DNA of 64,000 nt from NCBI RefSeq assembly GCF_009914755.1, contig NC_060941.1. The stretch is one strand, 5' to 3'. Origin of the DNA: the human T2T-CHM13v2.0 reference genome, Homo sapiens. Each line of letters begins with the position of its first letter. Position 1 is the stretch's first letter. This document shows positions 34,581 to 50,595 of this stretch, one piece after another. Made by a program: the position numbers and the translations under genes. Below the pieces are notes generated by a model. It did not search any database. It had not been told where the DNA came from and saw nothing but the letters and a program-made list of their open reading frames with translations.

Positions 34581-34610
34581 CACCCACACCTCTGCATCTG
34601 GGTCATTTAC
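34581..34610 (-). CDS. TMEM220: TMEM220 exon 2 (30-nt microexon)
   Basis: TTCCAG|GTAAATGACCCAGATGCAGAGGTGTGGGTG|GTGAGT = VNDPDAEVWV. Confidence 0.93.
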
Positions 34611-35272
34611 CTGGAACGCCAGAATACCAAGGTGTTAGCAGACATCCTGTGCTGTTCCATTCCTTTTAAATTCATTTAAGCACATTTTTTATTAATTTGT
34701 TAAGTGCCAGACACTGCAATAGGCATCGAGGGTACAAAATCTGAACAGGATATAGTCCAGATGAGGACGGGTGAAGGGGTTTCTGGCTGACACAACAGAT
34801 GTTTTTAACAGGCAGCCACACATTTTTGAAAAGCCTTCACGGGAGCTCTGGAGAGGACTCGCCAACCCAGAACGGGTATTTTAAGGGCCCTCCACCCCCA
34901 CCAGTCTCAAGAAATGAGGGAAATGATTATGAAGGGGGTCCCCAAGCCGACTAAAAAGTTTAATGATGCTATAAAGGGTTTTGGTCGGCTTCGTCTCCTA
35001 GGCCCTGGGATATGTTCAGTGTCGTCCGCGGGCCGGACGTTAACGCAGGAGCCAGGGCCGCTTCTTCTGAGGTCCCCTGGGAAGTTCCACGCGCGGAACC
35101 AGCCCCTTCCAGGGTGTGAGCCCTGGTATGGGACTCGCTTCCATGAACACATCCGCGTCTCTTAGACGGGGGAGAAAGTGGGGGCTCCCCAAGCAGAAAG
35201 CCCAAGTCCCGTCCTCCCCACTAACTGTGCGCCCCTGCGACTCTGCCCGCTAGTCAGTTACACGGCCCGCTA

Positions 35273-35731
<459 letters not shown>

Positions 35732-35883
35732 TCAACTCCAAACCCTGTTTTCACTAAAGCTACCTTCCTCACAAAAAAAAAAAAAAAGAAGAAAGAAAAA
35801 AAAGAAGGAAAAAAGGAAGGAAGGCAGGCGGGAGGGGAGAGAGGAAGAAAGAGAAAGAAAGAAAAAGAAAGAAGGAAAGAAAG

Positions 35884-36301
<418 letters not shown>

Positions 36302-37007
36302 TCAAATCCCTGTAAGCATTATGGTAATTTCTAGAGTGACGACAGTTATATTAACATCTTATACGGCTCACAGCTTTTCGGCAGACAGGCTCATTTATCT
36401 TCATGGGCTTTTATTATAAAAGATATTTACATATTATACATATTTACAATTCTCTCCCACCACCAAAACCAACAAAATTTCCAAAATTGCTCATGAATTT
36501 CTTATGAACCGAAGACACTGAAATATTCACTGTTCTCCCCTAGTCTGTCTGGTCTTTTTCTGTTTTGTAATTCGCCCTTCTGCTTAGTTCCTCCCCGGGC
36601 TCATTTACACATCCATAGGCCTCATTTCTGCTGTTCTAAAGAGTCTTTATCGCTTCAAATCAGGAGCTTCTGTGCCTGTCCTCTTTTCCTTTGAGCTAAA
36701 TCTCCTAAAACTGTCTAGTTTTTTTTTTCTTTCCCTCTCAGTTTCATTCTTTTCACGAAACACTTATTTCAAGAACGTTGTCTGCTCTGTGCCTGGTGCT
36801 GGGACCGTGAAGGTCCCGTGCCGGGACTAGGCAGGGAGCCTGGCGGCTGGCGGGGGTGGGCACCCGTGTTTGCAGAGGTGGGGTGGGGACAGCGGGGACC
36901 AGCACTGGGTGGAGTTCCACAGCTAAATCAGCCCTGGGATTGGAAACAAGCGAAGACTATTCTCACTGTGCTTTTCCTTACATAAAAGAAAAAAATGAGA
37001 GCGAGAG

Positions 37008-37392
37008 TGCTAGGGGCTGACTTGCATTCCCCCTGCACCCCCAATTCATATGCTGAAGCCCTAACCCCCAGTGCCTCAAAATGGGACTGCATTTGCAGAC
37101 AGGGACTTGACAGAGATGATTAAGTTAAAATGAGGTTATAGGGTGGACCCTAATCCAATATGACTAGTGTCCTGATACGAAGAGGGGACAGTTACAGAGG
37201 GAAGACCACATGGGCACACAGGGAGAAGACGGCCGTCTGCAAGCCAAGGGGAGAGGCCTCATGAGAAACCAACCCTACCAACATCCTGAATTTGGACTTC
37301 CAGCCTCCAGAACTGTGAGAAAATAAATTTCCGTTGTTTAAGCCACCTAGACTGTGGTACTTTGTTGGGACAGTCCTAGCAAATTAATACAG
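37008..37392 (+). mobile_element. MLT1A/B-type MaLR LTR
   Basis: GAAGCCCTAACCCCCAGT...CCTAATCCAATATGACT...CAGCCTCCAGAACTGTGAGAAAATAAATTTC...TAATACA. Confidence 0.88.
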
Positions 37393-37442
37393 GGAATGAT
37401 TATAATACCCACAAGGAAACAATGGCATGGAAGTGCTTTTAA

Positions 37443-37807
<365 letters not shown>

Positions 37808-40483
37808 TGGGACTTTCAAAGTCACCTTAGTGAGCGTCTGTTGGTTTTGCCTTTGCAGGGTTCAGTCCCCTTTCTTCGAGGATCAGTGTCTTTAGTACTG
37901 TGGATTACCACATGCACTATGGGTGGATGTGGACTACAGGGTTGACCGTGCTCCCCTCCTTTTGGGGATAGGCAGGTGACTTTGGCCTGCCAGCTGACAT
38001 ATCCCATTCTGTTGACCACTGTGATTGGGTCTAGGATGGGTATAGGATCCAAATTGCCCAGATTCAATCCTAGGACCTATATGGGACTTAGGTTGTCAGT
38101 AAAGGACAACCTCAGTTGAACTGAATTTTGGATCATCAATGATGTGTTCCAAATATTTGCTAAATCTGGCAATCCTACTCACACTATTAAAGAGAAGCTT
38201 TCTTTGTGATGAATGTGTAGAGCTGGTAGAATGTGAGCCTGGAGCTGTCAGGAGAAAGCCTCACAGGGAGAAAGGCTTTCTGCAGGTGAAGTTTAAAAGC
38301 CTGGATCCAGCCATGCCTGAAAATGGAAGAATCTCACAACCAACAGAGTCTCTTCTTTACATAAGCCCGTGTGAATTGGGTTTTTGTAATTTGCAACAAA
38401 GAATGATGACTTGTAAAGTCATGATTCAATAGTTAAGGCAATGTGTGAAATCCTTGCAAACCTCCTGCTATAGGTTTGTCCAGGCTTTGCAGAGACACGG
38501 AAGAGAAGGCTTAGTCTGAAAAGTAATGAAAAATACGTTTAAATGAATCCAATATCTCAGACAGCTCTGCTTGAAGAGTAATTTCATTTCCCTTTTTAGC
38601 AAAAGGCTATGATACAATACTGCAGAGAAGATGAGGTTTTAAAGGCAGTAGGGTCTTGTCAAAGCTGGCTTCCCTCTGCAGAAAGGGCAGCACAAAGGAC
38701 CCTTCATCCTGCTGGACACTCCCTGGCTGCCCAGTCAGTGACAGCATCATAAAAGCAATTGAGCCACAGGAGTGAGGTGAGCTGGACTCACTTCCCCGCT
38801 GGAATCCGAGAATGGCTGGACATCTGCCCTCTGAGAACTTGGAAATAGAGGTGCTTGCTTATTCCCTGAGAGTAGGGTTGTTAATCCAATGCTAAGAGTT
38901 GGAGCAGAGACAGGAAGCTCATATAAAGACACAAATGGCCTCCCAGGGTCACAGGATTGAGAGAGAGAAAATGAATGCATGAAAGTACGTAAAAGAAGAA
39001 TGTCAGCAAAGGAGGATTGATGGGCTTGGAGGCTTCAAGTTAGGTCATCTGAAAGGCAAGCGTAGACCAAGTCCATCCTCACACAGACTGGAGAGAGTGC
39101 TTTGCTCCACCAGATGTGGACACTCACATTTCTTGGTCGGGCCAACCTCTTTGGGGCTTATGTGGGTTGAAAATTTCACAGGCTCAACCCTCCCCTTGCT
39201 GTGATTCCAGAAGGCCAATTTTGGAGACTTTGGCTTCCCACCTAGCTGGCCTACAGAGTGGAGAACATGTGGCTCTCTGAGCCAGGTGCATTTCAAAGTG
39301 TGTATCAATGGAATGCCCATGCCATTCTCTTTTATAGACTTGTTTTCCTTTTAGTAGTCTCCATTATCTGTCCTTCCAGGTGTGGTCAGCTACTCCGGAA
39401 TGTGGCAGGGGTGGAGGCCGGACAAAGTCTGAAACAGGGTCATCACCAGTGAGTGGCTCCTGCCTGTGCTCTATGTCCAGAGTGTGTGTGTGCTGGTGAT
39501 GCTCCCAAGGTGACATATTGGGAACAAGGATTACAAGGATCAGAAACTGCTGCCCATGCCGTCTACCTCCCTCTGTCCAGCACACCAGATCAGCAAAGGC
39601 CAAGCCATGCTGTCTCCAGGCTCTGCTGATTCCATGTGAATGAAGTGTTGGGGCAGGAAAGGGTTGGAACAGAACAGTGGAGGAATTCTACTAGGAGCAG
39701 TGGACGAATTCTACTAGGAGCTAGACAGCCTTCTGCTAAAATATTTGAAATCAGAAAAGCACCTCGCCACGGCAAGGATTGATTTGCTTCTACAAAACCC
39801 ATCTAGTCTCTATGAAGGACTTGGGTTTCTACTGTTAGCAAAATATAGCCCGTGTTATGAAAGTCTTAAAGCTTACGCATATTGATGGACAATGAAAAAC
39901 ACTTGGCTTGAATAATGTTCCTCAAATATCCCCTTATGCCACTGAAAGGAGAATATGGTTAAATGAACCCTCTGCGTGTATTTATATCCACCCTATTCAT
40001 TGGCATGAAACACTCAGTGAGCCATTTATTCTATCCATTTATTCTGTCCATTTATTCAAGACTTCCTACGTGTCAGGCACTATGCTAATAACTGAGGATG
40101 TGACTGTGACCTCACGGGACACGGTGTTTGCCCTTGTAGAGCTTACAGGCCAAACAATAATTACACGAATAGGTAGGGGTTCCAGCCAACAATGGTGGTG
40201 ATGCTGAGAAGGAGAAGTGAGGCTGCTATGGGAATGTGTGAAACCAGAGAATCTGACCTCTTCCCAGGGGTTCCAGAAACCTCCTGAGGAGGTGATTTTC
40301 AGGTGTGCCCTGAAAGATGAATGGGTGAGGACAGGTGAAGACTTTATGGACCAGTGCTTAAAGCCGAGAGAGAAGTGCTTATGAGAAGACCAAATCCTGA
40401 AGGTCTTCAGGGCCTGGCAAAGAATGAGAGTACAAGTAGACATAGATGAGGCTAGCACAATGCAGGTAAAGAGTTTGGTTTTA

Positions 40484-40784
<301 letters not shown>

Positions 40785-41094
40785 GTTTGGTTTTATCCCA
40801 AGTGTGCTGAAGAGCCCCTGGAGCACTGAGTGGGGAGAGCATGATGGGAGGTGTGCTTGGGCTGCCCCGTGGAGGAGGATGCACTGGGGAGAGCCCAGAG
40901 AAGAAGCAGAGACTGGCCATGAGGTGCTTGCAGTAGGCCAGGAGAGAGATGATGCTGGCCAGGGCTAACAGGGTAGCAGTGGCCATGGAGGGAAAGAAGC
41001 ACGAATGAGTGACATTGGGGAGATAAAGTCAATCAGACTGTATGCAGGGAATAAAAAAATGCCTCCACTCCTTATGACAAAGTTAAGTTTTCAA

Positions 41095-41388
41095 GGCTGG
41101 GTGTGGTGGCTCACACCTGTAATCCCAGTACTTTGGGTGGTCAAAGTGAGAGGATCACTTGAGCCCAGGAGTTCAAGACATCCTGGGCAACAGAGCAAGA
41201 CTCCATCTCTACAAAAAAATTTTAAAAAATTAGCTGGGTATGGTGGCATGTGCCTGTGGTCATAGCTTCTTGGGAGGCTGAGGCGGGAGGATTGCTTGAG
41301 TCCAGGAGCTCGAGGATGCAGTGAGCTGTGATTTGCACCACTGCATTCCAGCCTGGGTGACAGAGCAAGACCCCATTGAAAAAAAAAA
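41095..41388 (+). mobile_element. Alu (AluJ-like)
   Basis: Full dimer. Confidence 0.92.
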
Positions 41389-41508
41389 AGGACTTTCAAA
41401 ATCATACATGGCAGATTACACAATAAATAAAAATAATTGATAGAAAGTACTTAAAAAAACAAGTTTTTGATTCTGCATGGCTGAGAACAGACTGCAGAAG
41501 GTAGGTGA

Positions 41509-42105
<597 letters not shown>

Positions 42106-43379
42106 TAAGGACTATAACCTGTTAATTTTTTCTTCTCTCCAGTAGCACCTGACATACCTGGATATAAACAATATCCAAGGTGAGTGGGGATACAATGAAA
42201 TGTTGTAGGAATATTGGGTTTGGTGGTGGGGGATGTAATAGGTAGCGTCTTGAATTTACTGAGTTAGGCAGTATTCTAATCACTTCATATATATTAACTC
42301 GTCTTGTGCCCACAACAGATCTATTAGGTAGATAGTACTATCATCCCCATTTTATGGATAGAGAAACAAAGGCATACACTAGCTTTTAAGTACCCTGGTT
42401 AAGCAATAAGTGAGTCAGAAATTAGACTTCTTCAAGCTCATGGTGAGGCCTTCTGCAGGTTTATGAAGGGAGTGAGTGAAGTGGGCTCTCTCTCCCATGA
42501 GAGTGGAGCATTTAACTCAACAGCTACCCTGTTTCCATGAACTGGAGAGGGTGGAAGGGGTCATCTGTAGACCAGGGGCTCAATTCTCCAAAGGCTGAAG
42601 GGGTGATGTTTGAGGTCCTCCTTTGATGCCATTCTTCTTATGTCTTAGCTATTTTAAAGACCAGGAAGATTCTCCACTCATGCCCTTGACTTTTAGAGCC
42701 AATTAGATGAAGCTGTATTTGGAGGTAGGAAGAGAAGTTGAGTGACTTTGAAGCCATCTTCTCTCTGATCTTGACTTTCTGATTTTGGCCTGGGCTGTTG
42801 GAATTGTATGTGTCCACAAGATGGCGGACTTCTGCTGGGAATGGAGTCGTGCGGGCATGGAACGAAGGAGGGGAGGAGGGAAGAGTGGGCTGTGCCTCCC
42901 CTTGGCTCTCCCAGGAAGCCTGTGATGTAGACTTCTGGGTGGGTACGAGGTTGGCATCAGCTGGAGGTGAAGAAGTGCAAACAGAGCTTTACACTTGATC
43001 TTAACCAATAGGCGGAGAAGTGATTCAAATAGAACTTTGTACCAGGAAATATTCATCCCCAAACAAGGGTGTTGCAAGAAAAGAGCTAAGCTTTGCTGTG
43101 GTGCTGGCAGAGCTTGAAACTGCCACCCCAGTACTCCAGGAAATTCAGATATGCTTGAGAGGAGCAATCACTTCTAATGTAGGCGTACTCTAAAAGTAAA
43201 TGATGATAACAACTATGAATTGATGAGTATTTACTGTAAGCCCAGCTACGGCCCTTTCACCTCCTGATATCTGAAAGCCACCACAATTTCTGAATTTTTA
43301 CGTGTAAACTCATACCCACCCTCCTATCCCACAAGACCTGAGCCCCTCCGGTTTCCCTCTCTCACCCATTCAAGTGCTC

Positions 43380-43790
43380 CTTGTTATCAGTTGCTTAGGG
43401 CTGCCTTAGCAAATTATCACCAGCTTGCCTTAAAAGTAGGGGAATTTATTCTTTCACAGTTCTGTAGGCCAGGTACCCAAAGTCAAAGTGTCAGCAGGAC
43501 TGCACTCCCTCTGAGGGCTCTGGGGTAAAGTCCTTTCTTGCTTTGACAGCTTCCAGTGGCTCCTTGTGGCCACATGACTCCAATCTCTTCACGTTACCTT
43601 CTCTGTGTCTGTCCTTCTGCTCTTCTTTTATAAGGCAATGTATCATCAGATTCAGGACCCACTTGGACAATGCAGGATGTCTCATCTTGAGATCCTCAAT
43701 GTAATGTTTGCAAAGACCCTTTTGCCAAATAAGGTCCCATTCACAGGTCCCAGGGGTTAGGATGTAGACATCTCTTTATGGGAGCCACCA
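43380..43790 (-). mobile_element. MLT1-type MaLR LTR
   Basis: AATTTATTCTTTCACAGTTCTG...TTTGCAAAGACCCTTTTGCCAAATAAGGTC. Confidence 0.82.
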
Positions 43791-43973
43791 TGATCATTGT
43801 AGAAACCTGGAAGTTATTCCTGACACCTCATCTTTCCTCCTCTCTCAGTCCACCACTGATTCTGGTGAACTTTTCTGCTCAGTAGTCCCCCATTTTTATT
43901 GCTGACACCTGGTCCCAGCGATCAGCATTTCCCCTCTTTGAACACATTAACCTCCTAACTGGCTTCCCACCCT

Positions 43974-44340
43974 GTTATGGACTGACTTGTGCTCCCCCTG
44001 CACTCCCTAGTTCATAAGTTGAGTATTTGGAGATAGGGCCTTTAAGGAGATAATGAAGGCCAATGAGGGAGTAAGGGTCGGGCCCTAATCCCACAGGGCT
44101 GGTATCCTTACAGGAAGAGGAAGAGGCTCCAGAGCTGGCTCTCTCCTGGCCCACACAGAGGAAAGGCCATGTGAGGACACAGGGAGAAGAGGGCATTTAT
44201 AAGCCGGGAAGAGAGGCCTCACCGGCCACCAACCCTGATGGAACCTTGATCTTGGACTTACAGCCAGCAGAGCTATGAGGAAATCAATGTTTAAGCATCA
44301 TCCTAGTCTGTAGTGCTCTGGCAGCCTGAGCAGAAGAATA
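43974..44340 (+). mobile_element. MLT1A-type MaLR LTR
   Basis: TGTTATGGACTGA...TATTTGGAGATAGGGCCTTTAAGGAG...CCTTGATCTTGGACTT. Confidence 0.82.
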
Positions 44341-44424
44341 CTTACTCTGTGCTCCGTCCCACCCAGTCTCCACACTGCAGCCAGTGACTGTATGAGACAC
44401 AAATCTCCAATTTCTGCTTAAGAC

Positions 44425-45035
44425 CCTCCCTCCCTCCCTCCCTCTCCTCCCTCCCTCCCTTCCTCCCTTCCTCTCCTCCCTCCCTCCCTTCCTCTCCTCC
44501 CTCCCTTCCTCTCCTCCCTCCCTCCTTCCCTCCTTCCCTCCCTTCCTCTTCTCTCTTCCACTCTCCGTCCCTTCCTCCCTCCCTCCCCTCCCTTCCTCCC
44601 TCCCTCCCTCCCCCCCGCCTCTCTCCCTTCGTTCCTCTCTTCCTCCCTCCCTCTCTTCCTCTCTCCCTCCCTTCCTCTCTTCCCTCCCTTCCTCTCTTCC
44701 CTCCCTTCCTCTCCTCCTTCCCTTCCTCTCCTCCTTCCCTTCCTCTCCTCCTTCCCTTCCTCTCCTCCTTCCCTTCCTCTCCTCCTTCCCTTCCTCTCCT
44801 CCTTCCCTCCCTTCCTCTCTCCGTTCCTCTGTCCCTCCCTTTTTCTCCTCCTTCCCTCCCTTCCTTTCCTCCCTCCCTCCCTTCCTCTCCTCTCCTCTCT
44901 TCCTCCCCACTCCCTTCCTCCCTTCCTCTCTCCTCCCCTCACCTCCCTTCCCTTCCCTTCCCCTTCCTTCCTTCCTTCCTTCCTTCCTTCCTTCCTTCCT
45001 CCCTCCCTTCCTTCCTCCCTCCCTCCCTCGCTTCC
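44425..45035. repeat. ~600-bp polypyrimidine/polypurine tract with 17-bp (CCTTCCTCTCCTCCTTC) and (CCTT)n subrepeats
   Basis: Almost exclusively C/T on the plus strand. Confidence 0.95.
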
Positions 45036-45999
45036 TCCCACAGATGGATCCAAGGCACTCATCTAAGCACTAAGGATATAGCAGTGAACGAAACAGACAA
45101 CTCCCACCTGATGTTCTTGTGTGAAGCTTACCTTCCAGCACCCCTCACTGCCTATGGCTCTGGGGTTAAAAACCAACATTTGAACCTGGTCTGCAAAGCC
45201 CTGCGTACTCAGAGCACTGCCCAGCCTGGTCAGCCTCCACTTGTTCCAGCTCACCTTCCTTCTTCACCACTTCACGTGCACACACACACACACACACACA
45301 CACCCCTGGCCCTGTGGTTACACAGCCTCTTCAGTCCTTCCAAAGGGCAGTGCTTCTGCCCTCCAGAGAGCTTTCAGACACTGCATTTCCTTCTGTCGGG
45401 AAGGGTCCCGCTTTGCCTACTTTGTCCTCTTTCCACTCTTAGCCTCCTTACGTAAGCCTGTCACAGGCTCTTAGCAGCTGTCACATCTCCCTTGCAGCAC
45501 TGACCACAATGGCCATTAAATAATTAACTGTACAATTAGTTGTTTAGTGTCTGTGTAGCCCACAGAACAACAGGCCCATGAGAACAATCTCTCTCTCTGC
45601 TTTTGGTTCCTGCTACCTTCCCAGGCTTAGCGGGTTGAACTCGGTGGGTTCTTATTAACTATTGCTACAGGAAAGAGCCAAGGAATAAATGAATTATTTA
45701 AATCCTAATAAGCCCCTCCTATCCTTTAGATATTTTTGTTCCCAGTTTATAGATGTAAAAGTAAGGTGCAGGTGCAGGGTGGTTAGGTAACTGGCCCAAG
45801 GTCACCCACTTAGTAACAGTGGAGACTGAAGTAGAAATCCAGAGCTTTCTGATTTCAAAGATCAGGCTCTAAACAGCCACGACTCAAGCCCAGTTTGCTT
45901 TAAATGATGATGAGAGAATTCTTAACAGAAAGTCAGAAGCATCCTAACTAGAAATTCATGAAAGAATAATTTTATTTTATTAAAAGAATTATTGCAATC

Positions 46000-46895
<896 letters not shown>

Positions 46896-47539
46896 TCAAA
46901 AAAAAATACAGTAAGCTGAAAAAATGCATTTCAAAAGCAGCTAATGTTTATGGTAATCAGTAAACAATCCAAAGATGCATGCTAGAAAATTATTCACCGT
47001 TTTTTATTAAAGGGGATGATTGGCAGGGAGAATGTGGAGAAGAGGCCCAGGAGTGGGGTTGGGAGATGCCTAATTCTTGGCAGGATCTGGAAGAAGAGGC
47101 AGCTGGTGGGATCTTCTTCAGGGTAGAGAGGTTACAGAATACGAGACTGAGCCTTTGAGGGCAGCCACCTCCTCCCTGAGGCCTCTGGGGTGGCAGTTAG
47201 TTCTCAAAGCTTGTTTCATTTATGGTCCAGCACCATAAGTGCTGTTGCTGACATTATTGGCTTGGCAGTGAAATCAAGCCTGCGCCCTTGGGGGCGGTGC
47301 GGGGGTCTTGCCCGGATGGTCGATGTGATGGTGTCAATGGCAGAAGGAGGCTGGAGACGTGGGCACTCTAATCTGATCCCCAACATTCACTGGTTATGTG
47401 GCCCTGGGTGCATCACTGAACCTCCTCTGGCCTCTGTTGCCTTATCTGTAAAATGAAGACAATAATATTTAGCTTGCAGGGCTGGTATCAGAATTACATA
47501 TTCTGACATTATCAAGGTCAGCTGTGTGTTGCCAAGTCT

Positions 47540-49300
47540 GAGGTCAAGCCTCAGTCCCCTGTTGCTCCCTTTATCAGTGGCTTGTGACACAGTTGATCAG
47601 GCCCTCTGCCTTGAAACACTTGGTGCTCTCTGCCAGGGGACATCACTCTCTCTTAGGTCTCTCTTAACCTCCCGGGCTACTCTTCCTCAGCCTCCTTTGG
47701 TGAATCCTTCTCTGGTGAATCCTCCTCTTCGCCCAAATCACAAGTTGGGCTAACCCCGGGGCCCAGTCCTCAGCCCTCTTTTGGGCTCTCCTTACACCCT
47801 GCCCCATTTCCTATGCAGTTTCTGTTCAAACAGGTCCAAAGCCAAATCTTGGATACCCTGCCCACAACCAGCTCCTTTCTTTGTAAGTCTTCTTCTCTTT
47901 CTAAATGGCACCATCAGTTCTCCCGGTTGCTCCAGCCACAATCTTGGAAGCATCTTTGACCTATTTTTCTCCTCCATGCTTAATTCAACAACAAATCTCA
48001 TTGCTTCCACTTTGGAAACATATCTGCAATTGGGCGACTCCTGTCCACCCTCATGGTTAGGAGCCTAACCCAAACCCTAACACCTCGTACCTGGACTGTG
48101 GCATCTGCTATCTGCTGCCTAACCAGTCTCTCAGCTTCCACTCTTGTCTCCCTAAACCCTGTTTTCCTCACAGTAACTAGAATTGTCCTTAATGCATAGA
48201 ATCATGACTCTCCTTCATCTCAAAGCTCTCCAACAGCTTCAGAATAAAATCCATGTCCCCAGGATGCTCCCAGGGCCTGTGACCCCTCTGGACTCATGCC
48301 CTCCTTCTGCTCATTCTGCTCCATCACTGCTCACTTCCCAGCTACCCCTCCAACACACCAATGCGCCCCCACCTCACGGCCTCTCCCTGCGCCGTGCCCT
48401 CCACTGGATTGCCCTTCCCTTGATATCTAGAAGGCTGAATCTCCCACCGCTTTTAGATTCCTGCTCAAATTGCACCTCATCTTTTTTTTTTCTTTATAAA
48501 TTACTCTGTCTTGGGTATGTCTTTATTAGCAGCTTGAAAACGGACTAATACACCTGTCCAGGCTACCTTCACAGTGGGTTCACTTATGAAACCCATCGTC
48601 TTACATCCATAATAATGGTTTACTCTATTTAGTGTAAATGAGGAAGCTATGTGATAATAGCTGGAATCTTCTGTCTAAGAGGAAGAAAAGAAACCAAAGT
48701 AACCATAGCTTATACAGAAGAAATGACAGCACTTAAGAGATGAAGTCCGGAACAAAGTCTGGGTATTAAGCCATAGAACATCCTTATAGGAACTTGGACC
48801 TGTCACCTGCAGCAATTTGGTCACAACTCTGCATATGTAATGAGCATGTAAATAAATTCTCCTTTACTCCTGGAGAAGATGTTACTGATCTGCTACCAGC
48901 TGAACACATGTTTGTAGTAGGGATGACAGGTTCACCGGATCTATCTCTCCCTAATCTGGTTTCCTTTGTGACCGGTCGCTTGTCTTTCTTTGCAAGGCAG
49001 CTGGCCAGGGTTGTAGAAATTGCACCTCATCTTAGAGTCTCTCTCGACTCCTCTATCTGAAATTGCATGCTATTTCAATCTCCTCGTTCTGCTTTTTTTT
49101 TTTTTTTTTTTTTTGCTTTCCTTGTTGCTTGGCATGGTGTATTTACTTGCTCATTAAAAAGATTATGTGTCTTCCTACTTGAACGTGAGCCACGTGACAA
49201 AAGGGACTTCACATATATTCCTTATTGCTGTATCCGCAACACCTAGGACAGAGCCTGGCGCCCAGTGGTTTGCCAATAAAGGTTTGTAGGATGGACGAGT
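47540..49300 (+). mobile_element. L2 3' region (interrupted at 48484-49016)
   Basis: Pyrimidine-rich L2-like sequence ending CACCTAGGACAGAGCCTGGC...CAATAAA. Confidence 0.75.
48484..49016 (-). mobile_element. orphan L1-type retro-insertion (non-repeat sequence ending in an antisense THE1/MST LTR piece plus poly(A)) inside an L2
   Basis: Perfect 17-bp TSD AAATTGCACCTCATCTT at 48467-48483 and 49017-49033; T-tract 48482-48491; LTR 3' end ...GGACTAATACA at ~48492-48551. Confidence 0.8.
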
Positions 49301-49644
49301 GAGTAAAAAAAAAATGGCTCGCTTAGTGCCTAGCCTAGAAAATGCACCCACAAAATGATTATTGTATCATAATAATGGTCCTTTATGGAGAAAATGGGCC
49401 AAATTAGAGGGGAAGAACTTGATTCTGATCTTAAAGTTAGATCCTGAATGGAAAAATACTTAATCCCTTGGGCAGTTTCATCATTAGTATGAATCAGAGG
49501 TTCCTTTTCTGGCATGGAAGATAGATTGTCATTTGATCCAGAAATTACTGCCCAGAACTTTCCTGGCCAATAGTTCTGTTCTCCTGCCTAAATTCCTTCT
49601 TCATCTGACTCCAGATTCCCTGTTTCTGCCTAGGGTGCATTCAT

Positions 49645-49725
49645 TCCTCCCTCCCTCCCTCCCTCCCTCCTTCTCTTCCTTCCTTCCTTCCTTCCTCCTT
49701 CTTTCTCTTTTTCTTTCTTTTTTTC

Positions 49726-49765
<40 letters not shown>

Positions 49766-49769
49766 TCCT

Positions 49770-49812
<43 letters not shown>

Positions 49813-49842
49813 GTCTTTCTCTCTCTCTCTCTCTTTCTTTTT
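49645..49842. repeat. (CCCT)/(CCTT)/(CTTT)n compound microsatellite forming the tail of an antisense Alu fragment (49845-50030)
   Basis: Direct inspection. Confidence 0.92.
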
Positions 49843-50562
49843 TGGAATCGGGGTCACACTCTGTCATTCAGGTTTGAGTGTAGTGCTTCTGTCATAACTC
49901 ACTGCAGCCTCAACCTCCTGGGCTCAAGTGATCCTCCTGCCTCAGCCTCCCAAGCAGCTGGGACTACAGGCACACACCGCCATACCCAGCTAATTTTTAA
50001 ATTTTTTGTAGAGATGAGGTTTTGCTATGGGGCCTGCGTGCATTTCTTTGAAATGACCCTGAGCATGCTACCACCCAGTGATTCCACCCCTAAGGCATAA
50101 AGCTTTCCAGTGGCTGCAATGCAAGACCCTGTCTTAAAAAAAAAAAAAAAAAAAAAAAAAGACAGCGCTGTTACACATTTCAACAGAGCCGTTTAAAAGA
50201 CATTTATCAGAATTCTGCTGAGCAGGCTTTGAAATTAGTTCTGCTCAGATATTGGAACTTCTTATCTCCGCAGACAAATAGATACAGCCCCGTGTACTGT
50301 GGGCAGGAAGTGGGCCTTTGATCTCTGTGGGGAGACCTGCTTTATATATAGCACTTTAAAAAATCGAATTATGTTCTGTGTAAGTTTATTTTGAGGACGT
50401 CATACTCTATGGAAACAAGTAGGATTCCTTTATCAGAAAGGAGATTGTAGGTTCTACAATCACAGAACAAATATACGGTGCCTGCTCTGCTGATCATACA
50501 GTGACTGTTTGATGAAGTTCAAATACTTGATGGAAAGGAGCAAAACAGAGGAGGATATTGAT

Positions 50563-50595
<33 letters not shown>

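Noticed and set aside
39683-39721. Short direct duplications (GAATTCTACTAGGAGC x2; also CTGGGACAATAG x2 at ~22740 and TATAGTCCTCAT x2 at ~16920)
   Set aside because: Two-copy slippage duplications, common in mammalian DNA; no repeat-spacer array, so not CRISPR-like.
44284-45062. 208- and 214-aa Glu/Arg/Gly-rich ORFs (also 49533-49877 and 61413-62000)
   Set aside because: Artefacts of purine/pyrimidine-only simple repeats that cannot contain stop codons.
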